Origin: Macrostomum lignano
Lineage: Eukaryota
DNA length: 64,000 nucleotides
Assembly: GCA_002269645.1 (NCBI GenBank)
Contig: NIVC01000169.1
Coordinates: 124,001-188,000, forward strand
Direction of reading: 5' to 3'
Positions 1 to 51,438 of the stretch are shown piece after piece. Position 1 is the stretch's first letter, and each line of letters opens with the position of its first letter. Under the pieces are notes generated by a model. That model was not told the origin of the DNA. It searched no databases and worked only from the letters and a program-made list of their open reading frames with translations. Position numbers and translations under genes: made by a program.

Positions 1-727
1 ATTCTTAAACACTACAGGTACTCGGTGATGCTTAAACACTACAGGTACTCTGCAATGCTTAAACACTACAGGTACTCTGCAATGCTTAAACACTACAGGT
101 ACTCTGCAATGCTTAAACACTACAGGTACTCTGCAATGCTTAAACACTACAGGTACTCTGCAATGCTTAAACACTACAGGTACTCTGCAATGCTTAAACA
201 CTACAGGTACTCTGCAATGCTTAAACACTACAGGTACTCTGCAATGCTTAAACACTACAGGTACTCTGCAATGCTTAAACACTACAGGTACTCTGCGATG
301 CTTGAACTCTGTGATTCTTTAACACTACAAGTACACTGTGATGCTTAAACACTACAGGTACTCTGCAATGCTTAAACACTACAGGTACTCGGTGATGCTC
401 AAACACTACAGGTACTCTGCAATGCTTAAACACTACAGGTACTCTGCAATGCTTAAACACTACAGGTACTCGGTGATGCTTAAACACTACAGGTACTCTG
501 CAATGCTTAAACACTACAGGTACTCGGTGATGCTTAAACACTACAGGTACTCTGCAATGCTTAAACACTACAGGTACTCTGCAATGCTTAAACACTACAG
601 GTACTCTGCGATGCTTGAACTCTGTGATTCTTTAACACTACAAGTACACTGTGATGCTTAAACACTACAGGTACTCTGCAATGCTTAAACACTACGGGTA
701 CTCTGCAATGCTTAAACACTACAGGTA
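1..727. repeat. 27-bp minisatellite (ATGCTTAAACACTACAGGTACTCTGCA) with a 313-bp higher-order period
   Basis: Direct reading. The variant block CTTGAACTCTGTGATTCTTTAAC occurs twice, 313 bp apart. Confidence 0.95.
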
Positions 728-822
728 CTGCTGTGGTGCTCTGCGAGCCAATCATTTCCCCAAGAAAAGTTTTGCCTCTCGGTCGCTAGGTGGTGTTGGT
801 TACTTCAGAATTGGTTTGACCT

Positions 823-10090
<9,268 letters not shown>

Positions 10091-11123
10091 CTCCTTGAAG
10101 TTATATCCCGCTTTTTTGCAGGCGCTTCCGAAATCGAATCAATTTGGAACTTCTGCTGCAGGGCCGCTGTTTTGTTAAATAGTGTAGCGCGCTCCGCTTG
10201 GTTGTTTGCCGCCTCAATCTTTATACAATCCAGGCTTTTTGTCTCAAGTCTGCGGCTCATAGGCTCTTAGCTTCAGTCTGGACATTGTTTACTCGGCAAT
10301 CTAACTGTCTAGCTTGGAATTAAGCCGCAGCACAAACCATTGCAGATAGAAAATTTAGGGTCTTTTACATACTTACACCTTGAAAATGCAGCCTTATAAT
10401 TTAGTTTTTTTTCAATGCTGTGCGCCTTACCCATCCAGCAAACGCAGAGGCAAATTCGAAGTGCCAGTTAGCACGGCTGTCTGCGAATAAGAGAACAAAT
10501 GAGTGTAGAATGAGTGTATAATATTACGAGGGTAACGGAAGTTCGACCTTCAAATAGTTCTACTGTTTAGGATGCCAAGGGCCACCGTCATAAGCGATAC
10601 ACCTTTTCCTTCGTCACTGATTTCTTCTTCATCTCCTGCTTCTTCAAACATTTCCCCGTCGCTCATCCTTCTTCTTATTGGTACGGTATTATCTTTTCAA
10701 AATGAATTCTCCCGTACATGAAACAAAATTATGTCTTCTGGAAGCGAACTTAAAGGAGAGCACTCAGTTTAGAGGGATGCTATAGAGAGCCTCAGACAGT
10801 TACAGTTTTTGTTGTTAGTTTGAGAGGGGCTACTGAAGATACTGAAGATTTACTGAAGAAAAAACAGCGCGCCAAAAATGTTGTGTTGAAATTTAATGCA
10901 GCATGCATAAATTGAATAGGAAGTCTGCATGCAGGAGCAAGTTTTGTCCATAGACAAATTAGTATAGCACCCTTACTATGGTATGAAACAGAATATCCGA
11001 TTGCCTAAATTGAATGGAGGAATCTAGCACGCTGACGAGTGCGTCAATGGCTGAAACACGAGTGCGCGTAGCGCACGAGGGTTTTTGCCATAGACGCACA
11101 AGTCAAAGTGCATACTTGATTCC

Positions 11124-11437
11124 CATTCTTATTTGATCCAACATATTTGGCTAAAGTAGACAAGGTTGGAGCTGGGGGTGTTGAGTTAGACTTGAACCAT
11201 AGATAAAATATGCGCGAGCTAGTCTGAACATTCTTGCACTATTGAAAGAAGATTATGCTTGTAGTCTATGGCTGTTATGCTAAATATAGAAACATTGCGC
11301 ATTACATTCTTGCACGATTGACATTCCTGCACGGAGTGCACATGTAAATTCAAGGTGCTTTTACCATAGACACTTGCATTTCTGCACGCATATGGCGACT
11401 TCCAAAGCATTCTTGCACGCTGGATCAAATAAGAATG
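11124..11437. mobile_element. MITE-like element with 17-bp perfect terminal inverted repeats
   Basis: CATTCTTATTTGATCCA at 11124-11140 and TGGATCAAATAAGAATG at 11421-11437, with an internal CATTCTTGCAC sub-repeat three times. There is no coding capacity. Confidence 0.5.
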
Positions 11438-12754
11438 CCGCTTGACGAATTGGAATGACGGTTGAAGTAGCTAAATATAGAATGATGAAATTGAATGTCA
11501 GTTTGCCGAAATAGAATGGGAGTTTTGTTGAAATTGAACGGTAAAGGTGTATAAAAGGTGTGTCAGGCTGCTAATTAGGTGTCAGAGGCCTTTAATGGGT
11601 TGCGATTTCGTTGGGTCGGTTGTAGGTCGGGAGCCGGTATATCGTGTGCATGTACTGTACTGCGCCAAGCGTAAAGGCGTAAAGGACAACTCGTTGAGCC
11701 CGAAGAATCCAAGGAGATGATTCAGAGAGAAGCTGAGAGCCGTATGCGGACTTGTGAGGATGAGAAACTGGGAACTGGATGGAAAAGGGAGAGCTACATC
11801 CCAGTCCCAGCACTCTTCCTTAATACAACTGCGTACGTAGAAGTAGGTAGAAAAAACCCGGTCCCGGTTGACCATGCAGCCTAAACGTGCAGGTGATGAG
11901 GTGCAACACGAGCTTAAGGGCTGCACTAATTATGAACTCATTTATAGTAAAAAATTTGCATTTTAAATGGATAATAGGTTTAAAAATAAGATAGGGAAGG
12001 ACAAAAAAAGGTTGTTGCGGAAAGGAGCGATACAAATTGTATGGACTGCCTTCATTATATATATGACTCTTGTTTTATGACAGAAAAATTATATAAATAG
12101 GACGATTAAAATTAATAGTTGTAGACACAGATTATTTATTTTTTCGTTTATATTGATGCGAAATATACACGAAATTACTACATATTTGTATTATACTTTT
12201 AATTTCAGTGAAACTATTTATTTATCACTATTTAAAAGTACTGTGTACATACTAGCATTTTTCGGAGTTCCTTTGCAATTATTCAGTATAATGTGCATAT
12301 ATATGCTATATAAGCGGTGTATTTATCTACTGTTTATACCTTGTATTTAGCATGTTCGTTATCTTTAAATTTCCGTGTTTAAAAATTTTTAGAGCAAGAT
12401 TTTTTCTACCGGGTTAGAAAGTACGAACTGAAACACCTACGAAAGTTATAACAAAAACAACGACTAATAAACCTATTAAAACATATTATATATAAATTAC
12501 CTGAATAAATGTTGTTCTTATGCAACTTTATTTAAAAAATTAAACTTTGTTATTGCATTTCGATCGCGGTATCTACTATAAATATGTCACCTCTTTTGCT
12601 TTATGCTAATTTTAAGATTTGAGCAATTGAGCTTGATGAGAGCGCGTGACACAGCACCAATAAAACAACTCAAAGAAGTGTATGTAGACAGTGATAAAAA
12701 TCATCAGAAACGTCACATTTCTTGGAAACTATAGTGCTTCATTATTAGCTTTAA

Positions 12755-14656
12755 ATGGTGAGCCTAATGAAGAATTGATTTGATTTGATTGTGTAATTCC
12801 GAACGTTTTTTTGTCTAAAAAATTAATACAATAAATGGTTTTTATGGATATACAATTGGAGTAAAAGCTTGTTTTTAAACAAATTTTTCTTATATATCAG
12901 CAATGAAAATATAAATGAAAATTTTAAATCTCGAGTTTCAATTAAACATTTTGAAAATTTTTTTAGTCGTAGTTTCTCTTTTTCGGAAAATATTGAGATA
13001 AGTTTTATCGTAAGTAAACGCTGAGATTGATTTAAAATTATAACGAAATGAAAGAATAGTTAAAAAATTAATTTTTTTAATTTTTCTCATCTACACCATG
13101 ACAAGTTTTTAATGCCAAGTTAAAGACAGTATAGCAGAATGTGTTTGTTAAATAAAAAAAAATTTAGTATAACTTTTTCGACGGACATCAGCCAATTTTC
13201 CAATTTATCCATCGCCAATTCGCCTCTCAACGCTCCTCCCATCAGCAGCAACAGCGGCATCACTGGCCACCCGACGAGTTTCGCGTGATCGAGTTGCATC
13301 ACATGAAGCTCGGCCACTTCCTGGCCTACAACTGCTTGGGCAACGCGGCGATGCACGCGGCGTTGTATCCGCTGGCCCTGGCGCGCACTCGGATCACTGC
13401 GCAGCCCGGCCGGCTGGAGTACAGCGGCTTCGCGCACTGCCTGCGATCCGTGCTAGCCCACGAGGGCCTGCGCGGCCTCTACGCCGGAGCGTGGACGCGC
13501 GCTGCTCACGTGATCAACGCCGCTTTAGTTGGGGTCACCTACGAGACGGTGCGCGCCTCGGCAGAGCCGCTGCCAGCGCCGGCGCGTGGTGCCGTTGCCG
13601 GCGGATGCGCCGCACTCGCCTCCCAAGCGCTGCTGGTGCCCGCCGACGTGGTCACCCAGCACATCATGCTGCTGCCCATGGCGCGGCTCAGTCCCGTGGC
13701 CGCCACGGTTGCCATGGCGCCAGGGGCCGGCTGGCTAGGCCAGGCAGGAGCTGTGATTCGCTGGATCCGACGGAGGCACGGGCTGGCGGGCTTCTACAAG
13801 GTGAGGCCGATCACCAAGCTGACACACTTTTGTGAGCAGTTCAATTGCAACTCGGATTTTGCAAAGTAAACGGAATCAAGCTTAGTCTTTGAAACGTTTG
13901 AATACATGTAATTTATCAATCTTTACGCTCACACGTCCGAAGACCATGAGTTCGATTCCGCGCACTGCCAAAGTAGCTTGAGGCTCGTGCAAGGAAATAA
14001 GTCGATGGGGACTGGACGCGCTTTGTCGTGCGATTCACACCCATGAGGGCCAACTCCTTTAAAGCAGAGTGCGCGGATGTCCTTGAACACGTCAATGTTG
14101 CATAATTGAAGGTCGTACACCACGTATGCCCCTGTGCGCTTGCGTGCTCAAGGATCAGCTGAATGGGCATGTCTGCTATAAAATACGAGTTTATCTCAGA
14201 AAACTCTGGTTGAGGCAACTCGATTTTGCATCTACATGTAACTCCTCGCCTGTCCATCCCCAGGGAGGTCTGTGGTCGCTAGTGCTGTTCCTGCCCAACT
14301 CGGCGGCCATGTGGTCCGCCTATAGCGCCTACTGCGACTGGCTCTACCGCTGGCTCGATTCGCCTCCTCGACTGGCCGTCCAGCTCACCGCGGCACCGCT
14401 GGCAGGCGCCACGGCCGGTCTGCTGACCAACCCCATCGATGTCCTGCGCCTTCGCGTCATGCTGCAGGCCGACCGCGGGGCCGGCGCTAGGGACGCACTG
14501 CGTCGACTCTGGGCCGAGGAGGGACCGGCCTGGCTGGCCAAGGGCCTGAGCGCCCGCCTGGCGCAGTCAGCTCTGTTTAGCTTCCTGTTTGTACTTTATT
14601 ATGAGCCGGCTAAGCGGCTGGCGCTAAAAGACGAATTCAAAGGCGCCCTGCTTTGA
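12755..14656 (+). CDS. SLC25A44: Mitochondrial carrier, SLC25A44-like
   Basis: Exons 13246-13800 and 14264-14656, joined GFYK|GGLWSLVLFLPNSAAMW with a gtgagg donor and a ccccag acceptor. Three carrier signatures are present (YPLALARTR, VPADVVTQH, NPIDVLRLR), and VIELHHM resembles IIEWEHL of SLC25A44. The start codon is probably an ATG-only exon at 12755-12757 (AAATG|gtgagc). Confidence 0.88.
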
Positions 14657-14762
14657 CTAATGAGTTCAATCGTAATGTCTCTAAGTCGATGGACTTCCCC
14701 GCGGTTGAAATCTGTACCACAATCGTCTCATGTGACCAGACTTGTTTCCATCCAAACCAAAG

Positions 14763-14990
14763 TGACGTCATCCGATCTGACCTTTGTCCGCATTAACCCG
14801 GTCTGACGTCATCCGATCTGACCTTTGACCGCATTTAACCTGGTCTGACGTCATCCAGTCTGACCTTTGACCGCATTTAACCCGGTCTGACACAATCCGA
14901 TCTGAACTTTGACCGTAACCTGGTCTGACGTCATCCGATCTGACCTTTGACCGTATTTAACCTGGTTTGACGTCATCCGATCTGACCTTG
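14763..14990. repeat. About 37-bp diverged minisatellite (TGACGTCATCCGATCTGACCTTTGACCGCATTTAACC..)
   Basis: About 6 copies just 3' of the SLC25A44 stop. Confidence 0.9.
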
Positions 14991-15974
14991 AACTTAATTA
15001 AGCGGAGTGACTCGTTAAAGCTACTGTTTCATCTTTGCGTCTTCTTACACAAATCTTACTCAAGTATGCTTCACTTGAGCAGTTTTGCTGTGCCCGCTCA
15101 GTTGCTTGCTCGTAAGTTTGATTTTCGTGCTGAATAATTTTGTTATTCAGACGTCAACTTGCGCTACTTACAAGCGATAGTCCACTCTGGCCAAGCTGAA
15201 CCCCCTGACCCGATCCAAGGTACAGAAAGCACGAGGCAGACTCGACTGATAAAGTATCGACTGACTTTAATTGCACTGACAGTTTATTAAGAATTGTAGT
15301 TGTTATTGGATATTACCAGATTCCTAGATTCAGATGAATTCTAAAACACCACCTACAGGTTAGCTGCTTGCTTTATGCGCTTGTATTTGCATTTAAAATA
15401 CACGTACGAGTAATACTGTTATAATTGTTTGCCACTAAGAGTAACTTCTTTCAAACTCAAATTATCATTATATTCAATTGAAAACCCGAAATTCAAGTAC
15501 ATCATGGACTTCAATGGTTTACCTTCGTCAGTCAAGTGTAGCCACAGATTCTATTCTATTACCTTGATGTGCCACTCCAGCGGCCGTCTCCGAGGCCCCC
15601 GTGGCCCGGAGGCAGCAGCAGCTAGTCAATAGAGCCAATCAAGTGGAAAATTCCACACAGAATCAGTGCCAAATGTCAGAAATGAAGCTTTGTGGCCAGC
15701 ATAATTAATTGTCTTTCAACCAGAGAGAAGAGCTCTGAATATCGCCGTACCAACTAAGCCAGATCTTGTTTAACTCGGAAAAAAACCGGCATCAGATCGG
15801 ATTTTCCGAGTCTATTTTTAGAAACACGTCAATGTTACACGCACTGTGCACGTGGGACTGGGTGAGAATTCAAGCAGGCCAAAAATAACAGCACCCACTC
15901 ATTTCACTCGTGTCCGCACAGACACTACTGCCCAATTGATAGTCTACTGTACTGCATTGCTATTGTGAAGTTTC

Positions 15975-16052
15975 AAAGGACCGGAGGGCCGGATAGAGAG
16001 AGAGGCTTTGCGGGCCGCATGTGGCCCACGGACCGGAGTTCGCTGAGCCCTG
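15975..16052. mobile_element. Probable terminal fragment of a hAT-type MITE
   Basis: GCGGGCCGCATGTGGCCC...GAGTT...CCCTG resembles common non-autonomous hAT ends. No partner end was found. Confidence 0.35.
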
Positions 16053-17270
16053 TCTTAGGCTGATAAATAAGGAAAAAGATGTTGGGGATAAATAACCTAC
16101 AATATTGTGCAGTTCACCGAACGCTTGCTAAAAGCAATCAAAAGCAAGTTAATCTCTTTAGTTTAGTTTAGTTTAGTATATTTGGCAATTTCCAAAAAAC
16201 ACCTGTTGTCAGACAAGGTTATAAGGGTGAGAGCTAGCCACTGTCTCACAGCATCTGCTTGGCAAATTGAAGCATTTAGAGCACTCTCTGCATAGCACCA
16301 ACCTACTCGGACAGGCTATAAAACAGTTTCTAAAAAATGATAGATAAAGCAATTACCCTATATACATACTACTACCGACACGAGCATATCCAGTAGTACC
16401 AACAGTATATTCTCTAGTAATTTTTAGAAAATAAAAAATGGCCAATGCAATAGATAAAAACTGCTGCAACATACAGTGTTGTAAACATTATAAAATGATG
16501 AACGCTTTGTAATTGGCATCGGAAGAAGCAAATTTAGTCACATGTAGAAGAAACACAGCTGGAAGAGATCAACACAGCAGACTAAGCCAAATTCTAAGCT
16601 AGCCAAAAATGGCTGTCACATTTTTTCAAAACAGACCTCTAAATAAAAATGTTTATTCCCATTCATCATAATCATCATGATCACAAAAATCCTACTCAAA
16701 ACACAATGTTATTGGTCTCGAATCTTGGTCATTCCGCTGACTACCACGCACTCATGCACACGCTCACACAGGGTGTACATCGGCCCTGACTGTCTAATCG
16801 CCAGGTATGTACACTCTGTGCCTTGGGGGCTGGCTCTCATGGGTGTGAATCCCAGGACAACCGCATGGCCGATTTTCACGCACAAGCCCCAAATGCATGC
16901 GGTTGCGCAAGTCTTCTATTATCTATCAATGGCGCTCGGTTTTCCATTTCTATCAGCTGCTAATTTTAAACTGGATGATCCAAGCTAAACACAGTAGAGT
17001 GCAGTTACCAAGACAACTTAAGTAGAATAACGGGAAACACTTGATTTCTTAGAAAATCTTTGGGGACTGGCTTACTTTGTAGAAATGGGCCTTTCTCAAA
17101 TAATATTAACCTCAAAGTGCTCAAAGACCGCGAGAAGCAATTAGAAATCTTTCGCGACCGACACCACACCTCAGATGAAATCCTGGCTACGCCATCGGCC
17201 TTCAAAAGATTTTTTTCTAAGAAACGCGGAGAGTTTCCCGTCCAAATCTACCTAATTAGCCGTCCTTGAT

Positions 17271-19021
17271 TCACAGCGCGGATTGCGAAGTTAAAGCAGG
17301 CCCGCCGGCAGGAGAGAGGTTCGATTCGGCCAGCACTCGCCGCACCACCCGATCGCAGAGGTCGCGCATGGCTGACGGCTGGCAGCTGTGCTCAAGCCAG
17401 GCCAGCGATCGGCCGGACAGCTCAACAAAACTCGACGCGTCGCCAGTGGCTGAATTAAACGAATCGAATAATTCGTCCATAACGCCGCGAAAGACGGCCA
17501 GTTTAACGCTGTCCGGCACGCGGACGGAGGCGGCGGCGGCGGACAGCGAGGAGGCCAGTCTGCCTGAGGCCAGCAACTGGCGGTAGCTTTCTTCGATTAC
17601 CTGTAGCGCCGCTACCTGCGAGTTGTTGGGATTAGAAATCTATTATAAAATATATTTTTGTCTCTTGAAGCTCTGCTAACTGACTTGCAGCTTTGCGGGG
17701 TCATTTTTGGCGACAAATTAATCAAGTTGATTGTTTTCCCGACACAAATGGCTAGGCTCAGAGATGCTATTAGCTACTTTTCATAAGTAGTATTATCTCG
17801 TATTTCTACTACGTATGAGTGCAAGCCTAGGGGGTTGTAGCTTAGTGGTTAAAGCGTCGGACTGACGACTTGAAGGTCGGGGGTAATCGACTCACTAGGA
17901 ACAATTTGTGTCCTTGAGCAAGACACTTAACTCTGCATTGCTTCAGTTCACCCAGCTGTGAAATAGGTGCCAGCATTAGCTGGGGTAATTGAGGCTGTGT
18001 GTGGCGACCCGTGGCGACTATTTTTGGAATTTCCTATTTTTGGATATTAAATTCTATGCTATTGCTACGGCGCTTTGTGGCGCTCGATTATTTTCTCGGA
18101 AAATCAGAAATCGGAAAATCGAGCTAAAGCTCGATAATTAATTAGAAAGAATTAATTATTTCTACCTTCGAGTCTTCTCTAACTCGTCTTTAATTGCCTA
18201 TCCTCACGCCAGATGTTTAACCACCCAAGCAATGTATACTGACCCGCAACTAAATGTACATTACTCCTTCAGTTCTTATTTTACCCCCCTCCTTAATTTC
18301 TTGCCTATCCTCTCGCTCTGGGGTTTAGGTATCTACTATGTACATTAACTACTGTACATTGTTTTCTGCCTTTCATTTCTAACTCTAGCCCCAGTTTTAT
18401 GGCCTATCATCAAGTCAGGGGGGTAAAACTTCCATCAATGTACGCTGTCCCGCTAGAAAATGTACATTACACTCACCATTAAATTACAGCCTATTCATTT
18501 TATTTCCAATCCTCAGGCCCGGGGTTAAAGCATCAAACTTTTACGCGCAAAAGTACATTTTAGCTACTATTAACACATTTTATATTTGTATAGTAGCTTT
18601 ATATCAATTACTCATCCAGCACACAGAAACTACAGCAGCTTTTTTTACTTCACTTGCTACTTGCAAGTATAATAAGCTGAAAGTACAAAGAATTAACCTG
18701 TTTTTTCAAGCAGTCCAACTCGGCCTCCTGCAGTTCCCGCTGCCTATTTAGAGACTCCATGTGCCGAATCGATCGCTGCAGGATTGTCGCCTTGCTAAGC
18801 GCGGCTCCTTTGCCGCCGCCGTCGCTGGTCCCGCCGCCAGACTGGACCTGTTCGCTCAGCCTCTCGTAGCCCAGCTTAATGCTGTCGCGCCGTTTCTGCT
18901 CGGACTGCAGGTGCAACTCCCGACGCCTGTCCGCGGCCGCTGCTGCGGCGGCTGCGGCATCATCATTACACTGCTGCTGTTGCTGCTTGCGCTCTTCATC
19001 GGACTGAGTAGTCTTGAGCAT
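17271..19021 (-). CDS. MLX: Max-like protein X (bHLH-Zip)
   Basis: Exons 18698-19021 (acceptor tttacag|GTC ATG at 19024) and 17271-17615. The bHLH reads DRRRELHLQSEQKRRDSIKLGY...LSKATILQRSI. The zipper is joined KQ|VAALQVI. The C-terminal DCD-like block KLAVFRGVMDELFDSF...SLAWLEHSCQP matches MLX. Confidence 0.9.
17829..18010 (+). mobile_element. Same CORE-type SINE, 3'-truncated (copy B)
   Basis: The tRNA head and CORE match copies A and C. Similarity stops after GTGGCGACCC. Confidence 0.8.
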
Positions 19022-19164
19022 GACCTGTAAAGTATAATGGATTTCTGGCGTATTAGTGCTCTGAATTTCTCTCACAGATCTTTGCAACCTTCACCAATAG
19101 TGGACAAGATAAAGTGCCAGTTGATGCCCACTGAGTGCTAGCTAATTACCACTGACTGCGAGCT

Positions 19165-20190
19165 AATACCCTCCAGATGCCAGCCAATACCCTCTAGATG
19201 CCAGCTAATACCCTCCAGATGCCAGCTAATACCCTCTAGACGCCAGCTAATACCCTCTAGATGCCAGCTAATACCCTCTATATGCCAGCTAATACCCACA
19301 AACAAATAGTTGTTACCTACTAAAAGCTACCTCAAAATGAAGCAGAAAGCAAAGCGAGACTGAAGGAACGAATGAGTGCGATTGCAATTATTACAATTAT
19401 TCAGGTACCGATTTAATTATGCGCACAGATTTCTGAATAACTGGCAGGCCAGCACTATAGTTTTGTGCAGAAAATTGAAAGAAAAAAATGTGCTAAGAAA
19501 GCATATTAGACAATAAATGAAATTATTTGATCACAAATTGATAGGAATCATATACATATACATATATTGTTTCTGTTGGTGTGTATAGAGTATTAGAAAA
19601 TTGAATATATTAATGAAAAGGCCGGTTAAATGTAAAAAAACGAGGTGCTTTTTGAACACAACAGGGAATGCTTTTCATTAAAAAAATTAAAAGACAGCTG
19701 TGCAAAAGGATTTTGTAAAGGAATTTGGGGCTTAAAACTGCTTCCTTCCTTTTAATAAAGAAAACTTAGAATTGCCGTCAGTCAGCCAATCAGTGAATAA
19801 TTTTTTATATTCAAATGCATATATAACTATAACAAACTAAATTATGGCATAATTTTAAATATCTTGATTTTTTATTGGACTACTAAGAGTAGTAGATAAC
19901 AGAAGTTAATAAGGCACGGCGAAACAAATCATGAATTGAAACACCGCCGCACTTCAGTTGACATTTACCTAAAAAAGTGCCAGTTGACACCCTTAAAAGT
20001 GCCAGTTGACACCCTTAAAGTGCCAGTTGACACCCTTAAAGTACCAGTTGACACCCTTAAAGTACCAGTTGACACCCTTAAAGTACCAGTCGACACCCTT
20101 AAAAGTACCAGTTGACACCCTTAAAAGTGCCAGTTGACACCCTTAAAAATGCCAGGTGACACCCCTAAAAGTGCCAGTTGACACCCTCAA
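19165..20190. repeat. Two related 21-22-bp arrays (19165-19297 ATGCCAGCTAATACCCTCTAG; 19972-20190 AAGTGCCAGTTGACACCCTTAA)
   Basis: Direct reading. They share a TGCCAG.T.A.ACCC seed. Confidence 0.85.
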
Positions 20191-20624
20191 AATTGCTGGG
20201 TGACAATGTGACTGAGCATAGTAGTACTCAGACAAAAATTAATAATAAAAAACCTAAAGCTACACAGAGCACGAAGAGACTTGGACACAATGCATTTGTT
20301 GAGTTAACAAACTCCTATAAAGTTAGATCAGATACACAGGAAAGCAAGCACAGAACAATAAACAATAATAAAATAAGATTGGCTAAAATATTTTACCCAG
20401 TTGAAATTAGCCCATATTATAACTATAGTCCCAATTGGACATTGCTCAGCAAATGACAATCTGAACTATAGTACAGAAGCGATTAACCTACAGAAACAAA
20501 CTTTTGTTTAATCACAACATTGCTGAGAAGAATGGAAAAATTGCTCCAAAAGCGTCGGGGCTTATTTTTTAAATAAAAAACTGTACTAAATGATAACTGT
20601 ACTCTTGGGAGGGCGGTGGTGGCC

Positions 20625-21182
20625 CAGCAGCTGAGGATCTGGGAGGCTGGCCCAACAGCTGAGGATCTGATATGGTGGCCTAGCAGCTGAGGATCTGGGA
20701 GGCTGGCCCAGCAGCTGAGGATTTGGGAGGGTGGCCCAGCAGCTGAGGATCTGGGAGGCTGGCCCAGCAGCTGAGGATCTGGGAGGCTGGCTCAGCAACT
20801 GAGGATCTGGGAGGGTGGCTCAGCAACTGAGGATCTGGGAGGCTGGCTCAGCAGCTGAGGATCTGGGAGGGCGGCCCAGCAGCTGAGGATCTGGGAGGCT
20901 GGCCCAGCAGCTGAGGATCTGGGAGGCTGGCCCAGCAACTGAGGATCTGGGAGGGTGGCCCAGCAGCTGAGGATCTGGGAGGCTGGCCCAGCAACTGAGG
21001 ATCTGGGAGGGTGGCTCAGCAGCTGAGGATCTGGGAGGGCGGCCCAGCAGCTGAGGATCTGGGAGGCTGGCCCAGCAACTGAGGATCTGGGAGGCTGGCC
21101 CAGCAACTGAGGATCTGGGAGGCTGGCCCAGCAACTGAGGATCTGGGAGGGTGGCTCAGCAGCTGAGGATCTGGGAGGGTGG
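20625..21182. repeat. 28-bp minisatellite (GGCCCAGCAGCTGAGGATCTGGGAGGCT)
   Basis: About 20 copies immediately 3' of Rab11. Confidence 0.95.
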
Positions 21183-21287
21183 CGATTAGACAAAATAGCA
21201 AATGCCTCAAGCAGACAGCAACAGTTCATTCAAAGTGGAACTAAGCAGAACCAGCAGTCCCAGCCAATCAGCGCATCCTGAGAGCAT

Positions 21288-24505
<3,218 letters not shown>

Positions 24506-25703
24506 GATAGCCAATTTAAGCAGATTTAAATGCAAAATAAACTTCTTTTAAAATGAATATTTTCGAGCTTGACAAATCTAACTAAATTAAATATCGTAGA
24601 TGCAGTTGCAGATTACTAGGACTTATTAATCTGTCGTCACCCGTACCGCTAACTTCAAGCGCCAGGCTTCGCTCATCATATTAATAATGCCTCCGAAATA
24701 AAGAAGTTAAAATATTGGATACTTTAGCAACCGATAAAAACAAAGGTAATACATAGAAACTGTTATAAAGCTTCTATTGTACGTTGCCTGCTTCTTTAAA
24801 GCATAAACTGACATTTGAGCTGATTTAAGGAGCAAAACTAAATGTAAAAACGAATTATGTGAAAAGGGGCTGCAGGTTTACTTAATTGTGAATCATCAGC
24901 GAGCAATCTGCGGTCTTTAATGTTACTTTAATATTTCTGGCAACCTTGCGAAATTACTATTCTCAGATTCGCGCTTAACTTAATTTTACTGTAGCCTCTC
25001 CTTCTTAAAAAGTACTACCAATTCTATGAATAACTGAAAACCTGTATTATGGCTTTCGGGCTTGATTTATTCGTATCCATGTGCATATGCATATCATTTT
25101 TAGTAAATGTTTTAAGTGACTACAGTGACTTACAGTGACTTTTAAATTGTTAAAAATAGAAAACTTTTAGCGAAACGTGAACAACTACAATCCAATTTGC
25201 AGCAGTTACATGGGGCTATAGTGTATTTAATCAAATCTAAAGTATGCATATACGAACTAGCATACATCTACAGTACAATTAGTTTCTATTTGTAATTGCA
25301 ATATAGAAAAAAACATATTTGCTACTTGTGCATGTACGTGTATTTTTTCGAAACAGTTCGAAATATTATTCAACTTCTTTTCATCCCAAATAAACTTCTC
25401 TTAATCGTAGCCTAAATATTCTCGTTCATTCATATTCACAGACTTGTCCCAAAAAATGTCCCAAGGAATGTACCAGAGAAGTACATTCCATATAAATTTC
25501 ATTCAAATCCATCCATCTAATCCTGCAGCCAATCTTCTTATTCTCAAATATTAGGCAAACATGAGCATGCAAACATACATGCATACACGCAAAACATACA
25601 CGCATAAGTATACAATGCAATGATGCGAGACTTATACGTACACGTACGATTACAAAGGAAAGAATCTCTGATATGCAAAAAACGTCTCACTATTTTATAG
25701 TCT

Positions 25704-49141
<23,438 letters not shown>

Positions 49142-49309
49142 TCTAGTATCAAAAGTACGGCTTTGCAACGTTGTTTATATTCGATATAATTTTCTACGCT
49201 GTAAAACTACTTAGTAAGGACCAAATTTAAATTGGCGCCAAACTTATCTTCGAAGTCGTTGTCTACACACGAGCTCGTTGTGCAAGGAAAGCCGGAAAAT
49301 CAGTACAAA

Positions 49310-50995
<1,686 letters not shown>

Positions 50996-51438
50996 AAAAA
51001 GGAACTTTGATTTCCGAATCAAATAAAAATGCAAAATAATGTGAATCTGAATCATCATAAGCACTAACGGAGAATCTGGGGTAACAAGGTCGAATCATAA
51101 ATTACTTATTGTAGTTCAATACTCAATTTCGTTTCTCCGTGAGAGACATGGGCCAAGACAGAACGTATCACTACAGAATGCATTTCTCACCTTCAAGGCT
51201 TCAATATGCATATAAAACTCTTATGTGTTTGATTTGAGATTGATCTACAAGTATTTTACATGCACACACAGGCAGACGCTCATACAGGTGTACAGCCGGT
51301 ACTGACTTTCTCAGCGTCAGTCATGCAAACTCCGCGCCTTGCGGACGGTTCCTCATCGGTTTGAATTGCATGAAAAGCTCCACACGCCAAGCCATTAGCA
51401 ACAGATTATTTGACTCAAGCAAATAAAAGAACAAATTC

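Noticed and set aside
15773-15810. 38-bp hairpin ACTCGGAAAA...TTTTCCGAGT
   Set aside because: Too short for a pre-miRNA. Intrinsic terminators are not relevant in a eukaryote, and it is probably a transposon remnant.
14025-16870. Shared motif GATTCACACCCATGAG.GCCA in inverted orientation at about 14035 and about 16840
   Set aside because: Short, diverged copies of an ordinary interspersed repeat. Too little pairing to matter.
17005-17269. 66-69-aa ORFs just past the MLX stop
   Set aside because: No recognisable motif or splice context. Best explained as the MLX 3' UTR.
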